A stretch of 64,000 nt of DNA, from assembly GCA_965112735.1 (NCBI GenBank), contig OZ218958.1, positions 2,666,001 to 2,730,000 on the forward strand, read 5' to 3'. Shown piece by piece: positions 11,497 through 23,183 of this stretch. Below the pieces are notes generated by a model. That model saw only the letters and a list, made by a program, of their open reading frames with translations, did no database searches and had not been told where the DNA came from. The stretch's first letter is position 1. The number at the start of each line of letters is the position of its first letter. A program made the translations under genes and the position numbers. The DNA is from Phaeosaccion multiseriatum (lineage: Eukaryota > Protista > Ochrophyta, other classes).

Positions 11497-12198
11497 ATGA
11501 TCCCTCCCCATCAGTCGTTGGTGAAGTATGACAACGTCGTGCTGGTCAGCACGACCAAGGAGAAGGGAGGCAAGAAGCAGCAGCCGCACGGAGAGAGGCA
11601 CACGACGCAAACGGAGGACATCCTCAACTCCATCCTCCCCCCACGGGAGTGGACAGACGACGGTCAGCTGTGGGTGCAGTACGTGAGCAGCACACCGGCC
11701 ACGCGGCTGGATGTGATCAATCTGCAAGAGCAGCTCGATCAGAAGCTGCAGCAGAGACAGGCGAGGGAGACAGGCATCTGCCCCATCCGAGAGGATTTGT
11801 ACGCGCAATGCTTCGACGAGCTCATCCGACAGATCACCATCAACTGTGCGGAGCGGGGATTGCTGCTGTTACGCGTGAGAGACGAGATCCACATGACGAT
11901 TGCCGCCTACCAAACGCTGTACGAGAGCAGCATTGCCTTTGGGATGAGGAAGGCTCTCATGGCAGAGCAGCGAAAGGCGGAGATTGAGAGCAAGATAAGG
12001 ACGCTGAGGGAGGACAAGAAGAGATTGGAGAGGCAGAGGGAGGAGTTACTCACCAGATGCAGCAACATTCAGACAAAGGAGAAGGAGAGGCGAGAGGCGG
12101 ATGAGAAGAAGCACTCTGATGAGGTTGACCATCTCAAGCAGACGAATGAGCAGCTCAAGCAGACGCTGGAGCAAATGCTGTCTGCACCAAAAAAATAG
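11497..12198 (+). CDS. DNALI1: Axonemal inner-arm dynein light chain p28 (IDA4/DNALI1), intronless
   Basis: MIPP..SLVKYDN.VLVST, TEDILNSILPPREWTDDGQLWVQYVSSTPATRLDVINLQEQLD, QARETGICPIRE, AERGLLLLRVRDE, YESSIAFGMRKAL are p28 hallmarks. Confidence 0.96.
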   Translation: MIPPHQSLVKYDNVVLVSTTKEKGGKKQQPHGERHTTQTEDILNSILPPREWTDDGQLWVQYVSSTPATRLDVINLQEQLDQKLQQRQARETGICPIREDLYAQCFDELIRQITINCAERGLLLLRVRDEIHMTIAAYQTLYESSIAFGMRKALMAEQRKAEIESKIRTLREDKKRLERQREELLTRCSNIQTKEKERREADEKKHSDEVDHLKQTNEQLKQTLEQMLSAPKK

Positions 12199-13379
12199 AG
12201 TGAGGAGGGAGCAAGGCTTGGCTTGGCCAGAGTCCCAGAGCAAGCAAGGTGTCTGTGTGTGTGACTGGTGGATGGTCGAAGGTCGGTAGCAATCAATCAA
12301 CGGGGGGTGGACGCGTCGCCTTCATCGGCATCTGCTTGTTTCTCTCGCCGGCTCCAGAAAGAGAAGATGATTCCTCTAGAGCACTTCCTTTCCGTCTGCT
12401 TGGGAAATGGCCATACTCCTCATCCCTCCCCCGACGGGGGTGGTACCCAGGATTTGTGAATAGTCGTCTTTGTGTTCTCTCCTGAGGCGGACTCCTCTGG
12501 CCTGCCTGGCGCTGTCAGGAGGGCGAGGGCAGCAGGTGTTGATCGACATTGTGGTGGTGATGGGCCCTCGCTCATGGCTATCCCTCTCTGTAAATGGTGT
12601 GTCTGGTGTGTCGTGATGAGTACAGAGGAACGATGCCGGGGAGATTGAGGGGTAGGAAGACACACCTCATCTTCCGCCTCGCACCGTCATATTCCAAAAT
12701 ACACACATTCTTTAGTACCTTCCGTACCCAAACATCGCACCCGTCGCTCATCTTGATGCTCCACTTTCCGCCCCTTCACTGAATCGAAGCGGCCTCTGCT
12801 GCCTTCATCACTCAGCACGAGAGGGGCCCCGGGGGGTGAGAGCCCTCACAGCTCTCTATGGATCATACATTGTGTACATGTGTATCGCAACGCCGTAGAC
12901 GACCATTCCCCGTGCCAAGCCTTCGTTGAAAGTGTTGACCATCAACCATTCAACCAATCAACCGTACCGAAGCGAAGCTCACTTGAGCCAAGTTGGAAAC
13001 GGTTATTGAGGCACTAAGCGTATGGTCAGGAATTGTATCATTGTGTCGCATGGATGGCTCAGAGGCCGACGCCGAATACATGTACGACATTTACATTGTC
13101 TCAATCCAGGACAGGCTTCACCATTGCACAGCACACCTTTTGTAAAAACTAACGACCTACTTTCTTTGGACTACTTGGACATTGCCTCGAAAAGCAGTGC
13201 AACATGAAGTCCCATTGGAACAACAAAAAACAAAACAGAAACAAGACACAAAACAGAACATTGCCAAACGGAACATTCCACGGCTCCCCTCCCGACGCCT
13301 AACCCTACATCAACCTATCCTCTCTCTCGAAACACACACATCTCGCCTCTCTTTCTCTCTCTCTCTCTCTCTGTGAAGA

Positions 13380-14183
13380 TCAATACACCAGTCTCGCCTC
13401 TCTCTCTTGCGTAAGCTTCTTGATCGTCGTGTGCTGCGCTTGAATATGGCTGTGGGTGGTGGTCTTGAAACGCTCCATCCTCTCCATCTCCTCGGCGTGC
13501 CTCTCCGCCCGCGCCTCGCACGCGCCCACCTCCGCCTCCAACTCCTCCACCCTCTCCCGCAGCCGCTGCTGAGCCACTTCCCCCTCCCTCTGAAGGTCTC
13601 CCATCTTCTCCCGCAGCTGCTGCTGAGCCGCTTCTCCTTGTCTTCGAATCTTCTCCTGCCCGCCCCTCAGCTCCTCCCCACTCCGCCTCTCCCTCTCAAG
13701 CTCCTGCACGGCCTGTTGGGTCTGCGCGGTGGCATGTGCAAGCTGAGCCTCGAGCTGACGGATCAAGAGAGTGTTTCGCTCCGTCTCTCGCCTCTCGACC
13801 ACTCTCTCGCGGACAAGTTTCCTGTGTCACATGCGATGAAGGTATGGTAAGGGGAATGAGAAAGATAAGGAGAGATCGACCAAAAAGAGGCATAGAGGCC
13901 AGCAAAAACAAGGTCAGACGGGTGACAACGACGGCAAGAGAAAGGCAACAGCAGAGACTGGGGTGTGGGTGATGGATAGATATGTAGACAGACAGATGGA
14001 TGGGTGTTCACTCACTCACCCACTCACTCCCTCCCTCACTCTCTCAAGCAGACAGTCAGTGAGTCAGTTCCTCACGCACTCACTCACCTGTTCTCCTCCA
14101 TCACAGTGACGAGCTCCCGCCGCAGGTCCTTCACCCAGGCGCTCTCCTGGCCCCTACCCTCGTCACCTCCTCCTCTACTACTA

Positions 14184-14220
<37 letters not shown>

Positions 14221-14412
14221 CTCGCTTGGCGGTCCCTCTTGCTGCCTGGCAGGAGGAGCACTCAGTGCCTTTCACGCCTTCCTCGTTCTCTTCCTGGTCA
14301 ATGTCTACAGCCTCGCCATTCTCACTCTTCTCTGCCCCAGCCTCGATTTCGGTGCTCGTCATGCGCACCAAAGGAGCTTCAGTCCCCTCTCCTGCCTCCT
14401 TGTTACCGCCTC

Positions 14413-14449
<37 letters not shown>

Positions 14450-17400
14450 GGCTTGTCGTTGTTGTTGCATCACAACCTCGACGTCTAGCTCTTCACTCGC
14501 TCGCCCCTCTTTCCCCTTCTTCTTCCGCTCCTTCTCCTCCTTCTCCTCCTCTGCTGCTTGATCCAACCCCTCTCTCGAGAGGGACGCACCCCTTCCTGAG
14601 CACTGCCGCTGCCCCTCATCGGCGAGCAACGCCCCCTGCAGTGTTGCAATTTCCATTTTCAAGAGCTCGAGGGCCATTCGCCGTGCAAACCAGCTGTTCT
14701 TTCGGAAGCTGCCAAGGCCACTTGCACCCCGTCGCAACGTCACCCCACCTCCCTCACCTCCTCCTCCTCCTCCTCCTCCTCCTCCTCCAACACCACAAGC
14801 ACCATCAACAGGAAGGGACGGGGTCTTGATGCTTGCAAAGTCCAGGTACCTCTCGACCCCCTTCAGCAACTCAGCATCCGTCATACCCTTGCACAGCGGC
14901 GCGAAGAAGGCCAAGAATTGACAGCGCCGCACCTCAGCCGTACGGAGCCTCTCGTCCGTCACATAGGCCAGGGGAAGCATGAGGCGATCGACTGTGGCAG
15001 TGCTGAAGGCAGGGTAGACGCATCGGGCAAAGAAAACCAGCTCCACCCGATCAACCGCACCAATAGCAGCAGCCCCAGTCGACCCCATCTTCTCCCGCTC
15101 CCACTCTCGCTGCTGCTGTTGCTGCTGTGTGGAGGAGGCACCGGGGTCTTGGGTGGTAGGAGGGGCGATGGGTGTGGCGTGTGTGGCGGGAGGCAGACCC
15201 GTCAGCAGCACCCGCAGGACGTTCAGGAGCAAGTCTCTCTTGCCCGTAGATAGTGCCTCGGCCGCTTTCCACCCTTCCAGCAGCTGCTCCACCTCCGCCA
15301 GTCGCGCCTCTTGCTGCTGTATCACCAACTGCTCACCCTCCTCCTCCCCATCCTCCTCCTCCTCTATCCACCGCCTTGCTTGCTCTACTGCCCCCTCCTC
15401 CCTCTGCTGCTGCTGCCATCGCTGCCCTCCCACCCCTCCCCCCCTACCGTTCGTCGTGCCCTCAACAAAGAAAAGTGCCTGCCCCGCCCAGTGTTCGAAC
15501 TCGCGCCTGTCCATTGCGTGGCCGTGGCCGTGCAGAGGACTGACTGCTCTCTCCAAGTCTGCCTCCGTGCAGGGCACCATCATGTATGCGGCAAAGTGTG
15601 TCACTGTACCAATGTCCAGCAGCCCCTTCCTGCCGCTGCTGCTCTGCCCACTCAGAAGACCAAACGCCGCATCTAAGACAGCCTGTTGGCGCTGCTGCTG
15701 CTGTATCACCAACTGCTGCTGCTGCTCGCGGTCGTGGGCAGGAGGGGGAGGCGGAGGAGGGGGCGCAAGCCCTCTTCCTCCTCCTGAAGCAGTGCTGCTC
15801 CCTACAGCGCTAAAGCTCCCCGACCGCCAGCTATCAGCGGACGTAAAGGCTTCTATATCAGCATTGACATCGGCATCGGCAGCAGCTGACTCATCCGAGA
15901 GGGGCTCAGTCCATTGTCCTCCTCCTCCTCCTCCTCCTCCTCCTCCTCCTCCTCCTCCTCCTCCTCCTCCTCCTCCTCCTCCACGCTGGCCCTCCTCTTC
16001 TGTGGTCGCTTCCGTGAGTAGAGACTCATGTTGGCTCCCCGCTCTAGACCCAGTGTTCGGTGCCAGAGCCGGTCTGGGAGGAGACCGAGATCGCGGGCCT
16101 TCTTCCTCCTCTTCTCCTCCGAATGCCGCGATCCAAGAAGAAGGAGTGGCCCCTGTGTGCCCTCCCAACCCCCTGCTGCTGCTGCTGCTGCTACTGCGAC
16201 TGATGGTGGTGTTGGTGGTGGCGGTCGCGGCAGCCGGCTTGAGGGCCGCTCCTCGACTGCTACCATGCAGATCGTGCCTGCTGCGACCTACCGGAGCCGC
16301 ACCTGTTGGTGCTACACAGCCATCCCCGCCGATGTCGCCAGGAGTGGGGAGCTGATTGTCCGTCATGCGAGCCAAGGGGGGCCGGACGGGTGATGGGCCT
16401 TGTCCTGATCCTGGCACTGAGGAGGAGGAGGCGGGCAGCAATGTGTCCAAAGCGTTAGGGATGAGTGCTCTCTCCCTCTCTACTTCCTTCCTCGACCTTG
16501 CGCTTGAGCTGAAGGAGGCGGATGCGCTGCCGCTGCCGCTGCTGCCGCTCCTGTTTCTGTGGGGTAGTGAACGCTTCCGTGACGAGGTGACCTGCTGCTG
16601 CTGCTGTGGTCGCTGCTGCTGATGTCGCGGTCCCTCCAACCCCTCCTCCTCCTGCTGCTGCAGCTGCCGCCACTCCGTCTCTTCTCCCTCCCGACTGGGC
16701 AGCCTCGGAGTTGTGGTGTTTTGGTGCAAGCCCCGATACACCACCCTCCCCCCGGGCAGCGTTACCTTGGCACTACCACCACCACCACCACCACCACCAC
16801 CTTCTCCAGCAAAGCGCAGGGACTCCTCCTCCTCCCCCTCCTCCTCCTCCCTCGGCAGAGGGGAATGGAGTGAACCTCTGACAGGGACTGTGGCCGACAA
16901 GTCCTGCCCCCGAGTGGAGGAGAAAGACGTGGGACCTTCTTCTCCTTCTCTTTCTCTTCTTCTCTCGTCGTTCAGTCCGCCGCAGGCCGCACCCTCCGGG
17001 ATCCCGCCCCCCGGGATTCGGATCCGCATCGCCTCTGCCACCGTCCTCGCTGCGACCTCTCTCCACCGCCCCGCCCTAGTCCCAGCTCGGAGACGCACCG
17101 CCGCCCCCCTCGGGGTCAGCGTCAGCAGGTCCTCCTCCCCTCTCTCTGCATTGCCATCCATACCCTCCTGCTGCTGTTGCTGGTGGTGGTGGTGCGGACG
17201 AGGGGACAGCGATGAGAGCGAGGCACTCCACCCCATGTCTGCCGCTGCAGGACCAGTGATGGGAGCGTCGCCAAGGGCCTGCTGTATATCCAACTGCTGC
17301 TGCTGCTGCTGCTCCTGCTGGTGGCGATGGTGGAGGTACCGGCTGCTCGCCCTCAAAAGGGGGTTCCCGCTCCTACTCCCACTCCTTTGCCCCCCCATCC

Positions 17401-20099
17401 GTTGATCATCCCGCTGCTCGGCGTGCGCAGTAAACCTCTCCAGCGCCCTCCTAAACCACTCATCGGACAAGGGGGCCGCCAGCTCTGCGAGCATTCCCTC
17501 GAACAGAGACAGACCCGACCTCCAGCACCTCCCCCCCTGGGATGCCTCCGTCAGCATGTCCAAGTAGCGTTGGTTTCTGGCGTCTGGATGAGCGCAGTCT
17601 GGATCCACGCACTCCCAAAGGTAGTGAAGCAGCTCAGCGTCCCACTGCCCTCCTGTCCCGCCTGCCCCTGCCCCTGCCCCGGCGCCTGTCCCTGGCCCCC
17701 CTCCAAAGTGATGGCCGCTGCTGTTGCCTCCTCTATTGAAACTACCGCCCCCTGCGCCACTGCCCCCCCCCCCACCCGAGCCCGATGGCGTTACGGTGAG
17801 CGCTCCTGTGCCTTGTGGGCTGCCGCTGCCGCTGTTGCCACCGTTGTACCCGTAAGCCTGTACGATGGAGGCGCTGCTGCTACTGCTGCTGTGACTGTGA
17901 GTGCGACTATGGCCACTACCACCGCCGCTGCAGATGAGGTGGTGGTGCTCTGCACCGCTGCTACTTCCTCCCTCCCCTCCTCCTCCTCCTCCTCCCTCTC
18001 CTCCGCTGACCTCCTTGTGCACGGCCTTGAAGACCATCTTGATGAGTTCTCTCCTCTCCTGCCCGGCCTGCGTCCACGCCTCAAACCGCCTAAATCCCGC
18101 CTGTAGATGAGCACGGCTGGCCTCAAAGCCATTTTCCTTCTTCTTGTTCCTCCGCTTCTTCCCATCTGTCTGCCTGCCGCTGCTTGCGCTCGTGTTGGAA
18201 TCCTCGACGGACATGAGCAGCTGCTCACAAATGGCGACAAAGAGGTCTTGCGTGATGGTCATCATACGGTGCTGGCCTGTAACCGACACACAAGACCACA
18301 GCACACGAGCACGGAGCAGAGAAGTCCTTCGAGTCAGTCATTGAGGTTCTTATTGACTTAAAGTCAGTCATTGGGGGCGGTTTGGGTGGGTCAGAACGCT
18401 ACCCGCCGGCGAAAAAGGAGACTCACGCCAATCAGTCAACAAGAGATGGATCGATAGAACGATAGTTAGTAGATGTAGTGCGAATGTCCTCCTCGCCTCC
18501 TTCCTTCCTCCCTCCCGCCCCCTGGCTTGCTTACTCCCCTGCCGTTTCCCCACACCCACACCCACCTGTTCTCGAGATCTGAAGGGTCTGGCACACGAGA
18601 TCAACGTCCCAATCCACCCCTCCTCCCAACATGCGGCCAAAGTCCACAACGTCGGTGATGTAGATATGGCCCGTCTCGTGGGGGTCCATGAGCTCAAAAG
18701 CCCTCATAAAGAGTCCTGTTCGGGGCCCCAAGGCCATAGGCTTGCTGCTACTGTTGCTGTTGCTCTTGTCGGTCAGAGAAGAGTACTGCCCCGCATCGGC
18801 AGGAACATCATCATCATCATCATCATCATGGGCCTCGTCATGGACGCTGGAGCTGCTGCTGCTGTCGCCCCCCACACTCCTCGCGGAGTGGCTCTGCTCG
18901 ACGGTGGCGTCCAGGCTACTCCTGTTGCTGCCGTTGCTGCCCCCCGAGATGGAGCTGAAGAGACTCACCATACTCTCACCGGAGGTGATGCCTCCACCCC
19001 CTCCTCCTGACCTGCTACTACCCTTGCGGGACATCTTTCGCTGACCCACCGCCCCCCCCATGCCTCCTCCTCCTCCTCCTCCTCCTCTGCTGCTCCTGCT
19101 GGTGGTGGTGGTACCCGCCAGTGCCTCGGTCAAGGACCCCCCCGACGCCGGCCTCGTCCTCCTCTTGCTTCCCCTTCGCGCCCCCTCTCCACCCCGCTGT
19201 GGTGTATCCACTACTGCCGCCAAAGGGCCCTCTGCCGCAAAGGTTTCCACTGCAGCCTCCTCCTCGACCCCGACGAGCTCGTAATTCACCAGGATACGCA
19301 TACCCTGCTGGTGCCTCCCTGTGGTCGCACCCGCCGCTGCCGCCGCTGCAGCTGCCGCTCGACCTTTGCTCTTGTTGGGCGTCTTGAGCTCGAGCCAACG
19401 CAGGGTGGTTGGCTCCTGCTGCTCCGGCTGCTTGTGCACTGGGGGCCGCTTCGCCAGGTCAGTGAGGAGGAGAGAGGCAAAACCCAGCTTCTCGTCCGAC
19501 AAGTCATTGACTGACGCGCTCCAGAGCGTCAACCTCACCCTTCCAGAGGCACTAATGGGCAGCACAAAGTCAATAACAAAGGCTTGCCCCCACTCTGGAG
19601 TTGTTGTCCTGAACTTGGTCTTGGTCCTCCAGGAGGCCACCGCTGCTGCGGATGCCGCTGCTGTCGCTGCTGGTGTCGCCGTCTCTGGTGTTTTTGGCCC
19701 ATTCCTCGTGGATAGAGTGCTACTATTCCTTCTTCCTGCACGACTGCCGCCGCGACTTGGGGCGGCGGGGGAACAGCTCCTCCCCAAGGTCGAGCTTTTG
19801 CTCCTCCGCTTCTCCAGGCCCGTGTCAATGGTATTCTCTGCCGCCGTTATTCCTGGCGAGCCTACCCTCTTGGCCACTCCTCCTTCCGTGCCCCCAAAGG
19901 ATCGCCCAAGTGGTGAAGCTGAAGTGGCGGAGAGGGTTGAGCAAGCTCGCCCCTCCAGCTGGTTGATAAGCTCAACTTGGACATAAGGGTTGGGGACAAA
20001 GAAGGGGCTATTGGGTCTCTCCAGCTGTGTGGCTTTGCTGATCGTCAGCCGCAGTCGCCCACAGCCAGGCTCCAGTGGCTTCTCGGTTTGCTGTGGCAT
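13380..20099 (-). CDS. Very large low-complexity protein with N-terminal C2 domain, degenerate EF-hand-like segments and C-terminal coiled coil; exons 20099-18566, 18276-14088, 13821-13380
   Basis: C2: GRLRLTISKATQL..PNPYVQVEL..WRTKTKFRTTTPEWGQAF..LWSASVNDLSDEKLGFASLLL. EF-hand-like: AFELMDPHETGHIYITDV. Intron phases 1 and 2 join the three long ORFs in frame. Confidence 0.75.
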
Positions 20100-20405
20100 A
20101 ATCGTTGCCGTTGGGTTGCCCCGGTTGCCTATTGCTCTCGAGCTCGGATCTCCCTGGCCATGCTCATCACGCTGACCGACAAGTATCAAGCCCACTCTGT
20201 ACGCAAGAAGCTGCCCTGAAGCCTCACCTATGGTGTAACAAAGCAGCTGCGCAAGAATCAAAATCTCGACCAAATCACAAACAACAAACAACAAACTAAC
20301 GTCAAAATTACGTAACTTTACGTAATGATATAGAGTCATACAGGCAGGGAAACAGCACCCCAAGCCCCATCCCCATCAAACAAGAAGCACTCCAAACAAA
20401 TAACC

Positions 20406-21595
20406 ATGTCGTTGCTTTGTAGAGCAGCGCGCAGGAGCTCAGTGGCTACGGCTGCAACTTGGACGCGGGCGCAGAGGAGGCCAATGTCTATCCTCAACGG
20501 TGCGTTATCCACCCACCACCTTTGGGGAGAGTGGGAAGAGAAGAAAGAGGGCTGAAAACTAGCAAGAGCGGGGTGGTGACGGCTCCACTGCTGCGGGCGG
20601 TTCTTTCCCACCCAGCTTCCGTGCTCTTTGTTACGAAGAGGCCTTGCTTGTCGACTCAGAAACATGTTTTCCCCTTAGAGAGAGGGAGAGAGAAGAGAGA
20701 GACAGAGAGAGAGAGAACGAGAGAGAGAGAGAGAGAGAGAGGGAGGGAGAAGGAGAGAGAGGGATGGAGAGAGCCTCTGCTGCGGCGAAGGAGGCCTACG
20801 CGTGTCCGCACCTACGCTCGGGGAAAGTTATTGACTTGCCTCTCTCTCACTCTCTCCTTCCCTTTCTTTCTCCTCCTCACCTTCCCCCCTCTCCTTCTCC
20901 TCACTCTCTCTCGCCCCCCCCCCCCCTCACACACACATTCTCTCTCCAATGAGCAGCCGACGACGGAAAGGTAGGCACGAAGGTGTACCACTACTTGAAT
21001 CTGACGCTCCTGGCGGCCTTCCCCGCAGCGGTCATCACCTCACCTTCTCCCCTCACCAAGCCCATCGATGTAGTGCTGGGCATCGCCATGCCTCTGCACG
21101 CACACGTCGGCATTAACTACGGTGCGTATTGTGGAGTATTGTGTAGAGAACAAATCGCCCTCAACACCGTGTCGAAGGCCAAAGAGGGGCCCGCCCTAGG
21201 GAAGGCGGATAGTATTAACATACGCCCCCCCCCGCCCCCCCCGCGTGTCCCCCACCCCGGACACTCTTGTCTTTTAGTATACAAGGGAGAAGCTATAGCA
21301 TTCCTTCTTTACCGTCGCGTGCCCAAATCGAGTACACTCCCAAATCTCTTGTTGTCATTCTCACTCACCTTCTTTGTCTCTCATCCCACGCCTTCCCCCT
21401 CCCCTCTCTTCCCCTGTGCCCCATTCAGTCATTTCCGACTACGTGCCCAAGGGTATGCGCGTCATGGCCCGGGCGGGCCTGGTGGGTGCAACAAGCGTGG
21501 CAATCCTCGGACTACTTCGCCTCAACTTTATGGGCGATGGCCTTACCGCCTCCACCCTCAGTCTGTGGAACAGCAAGGACAAGAAGGAGGAGTAG
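20406..21595 (+). CDS. SDHD: Succinate dehydrogenase cytochrome b small subunit (CybS/SDH4); exons 20406-20499, 20957-21121, 21429-21595
   Basis: Mitochondrial presequence MSLLCRAARRSS...; D-x-x-L...PLHAHVGINYVISDYVP motif typical of CybS; three TM segments; phase-1 introns are consistent. Confidence 0.9.
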
Positions 21596-23183
21596 TAAGA
21601 GCAACAGAGGAGTCAAAGAGTCGTAGAGCTCATCTCATCACTCCACTCCTGGTGGGGGGGGGAGGAGGGAGAAGGAAGTGAAGAAGGGTTCTTTGCTGTC
21701 GCCTTTGCTCAGCTCTGCTTTGAGCTTGGCTTGGATAACCTGTGGCACTGAGCTTGAGGTCTGCCCGGCAGGCAGGCTGCTTGCTGCTGCTGCTGCTGCC
21801 ATTTTTGGGAGGACTGAGGCAGTGGAGGAATAAAAGGAGGGGGAGATTGGCAATGCGCGGCGAGAGGTGGAGAGGAGAGCCCTGTGTCCCATTCATCTTC
21901 ATTCATTCGTGTACATACTAATAAAGTGTGGGGAGGATAGGCAAGGGAGGGAGGGAGCTTTGGTGTCCACGGCTCGCCTAGCGGCCTTCTCACCCTCTTC
22001 GTTGCGTCGCCAAGGACGTTGTTGGTCGAGCCCACTCACTTCAAAAAGTAAAACTAAAATAAAATCTGTATACTGTACCAATAGGGAGCAGACCTATACG
22101 TCTGCTCAACCTCTTCAATCTTAAATCAATCGGGTGCATCCTACTTAAGAGTACCTCCCTCATACTCCTCTATCACCTAAAGTCCGCTCGCGTCAGGTTG
22201 GAGGAGAAAATGCTGTCCTGTGCACACACGCACGCGGGCACCCTGCCCACAGCTTTCCCAAAATTGCCCACCTGATGAGGGCAGGAGCTGGAGCAGCAGC
22301 AGAGCAGCACGGCGAGGGGGTGCGGGGAGGAGAGAGGAGGAGGGAGGAGGAGGAGGAGGGAGGAGGAGGCGGAGGAGGAGGTGGAGGAGCAGGAGGAGGA
22401 GGAGAGGAGGAGGAGGAGGAGGAGGAGGCGGCATCGAGGGGAGATCACAGAAGAAGGGGGTGTAAGTAAATATTTTGTCCGAGCCTTCCAGGACACGATT
22501 GCTGAGGAAGGGTGAGCGATGCGCCCGCACAAAATGAACGGGGAAAAGGTGAGTGAGTGAGTGAGTGAGTGAGTGAGTGAGTGAAAGCAATCCCCAAGCC
22601 TCGAGTCCTCATACGAAAGATGGTGATCTGTTTTCAAATCCACATGTACGCATTAAGAGTGGTGCATGAACTTTATAATCACAGGACTGACTGTTGGGGC
22701 ACTTCCTCCTCCCCCTCCCGAACCCCTCACTCCCAGCCCTTCCCCTTTCGCCCCAACGCCCCCTCCACTCACCATTCCGTGCCTGCCACTCTCACAGTTG
22801 TCGTAGAATCGAACACTCCTCTCCCGGCTCCGCCCCGGCAGCAACAGTTTCAGTTTCTCCAACGAACCGCATCGAAAAGGCCGTCCTCTCCCCTCTCCCC
22901 TCTCCCCGTCCCTCCCATGATGGCACCATCAAAGGTCCGTTTGTTTCAAAAGTACCCTTAGCACCAGGCGCCACGACCGTTGGTGGCATGTGTCTAGAGT
23001 AGCGACCACGCGCTGCTCAGAGACAGAATGATCACCTCTCTACTGCCACACTCAGCTTCACAGACAACGACGACTGCACACTACCACACGCAGCCTCACG
23101 CTGTCGTCTGTCGTCAGTCGTCTGCCGTTTCGTCAGTTTCGTCTCATGACGCTCCTCCAATAAATCTCTCCCCCATTCCATCA

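Noticed and set aside
14004-19986. Many long plus-strand ORFs opposite the C2/EF-hand gene, and similar antisense ORFs elsewhere
   Set aside because: Shadow ORFs of GC-rich trinucleotide-repeat coding sequence; poly-P/L/C products with no domain signal.
21638-23000. Possible additional small gene between SDHD and the Mbb1-like gene
   Set aside because: Candidate exons could not be joined into a coherent, recognisable protein.
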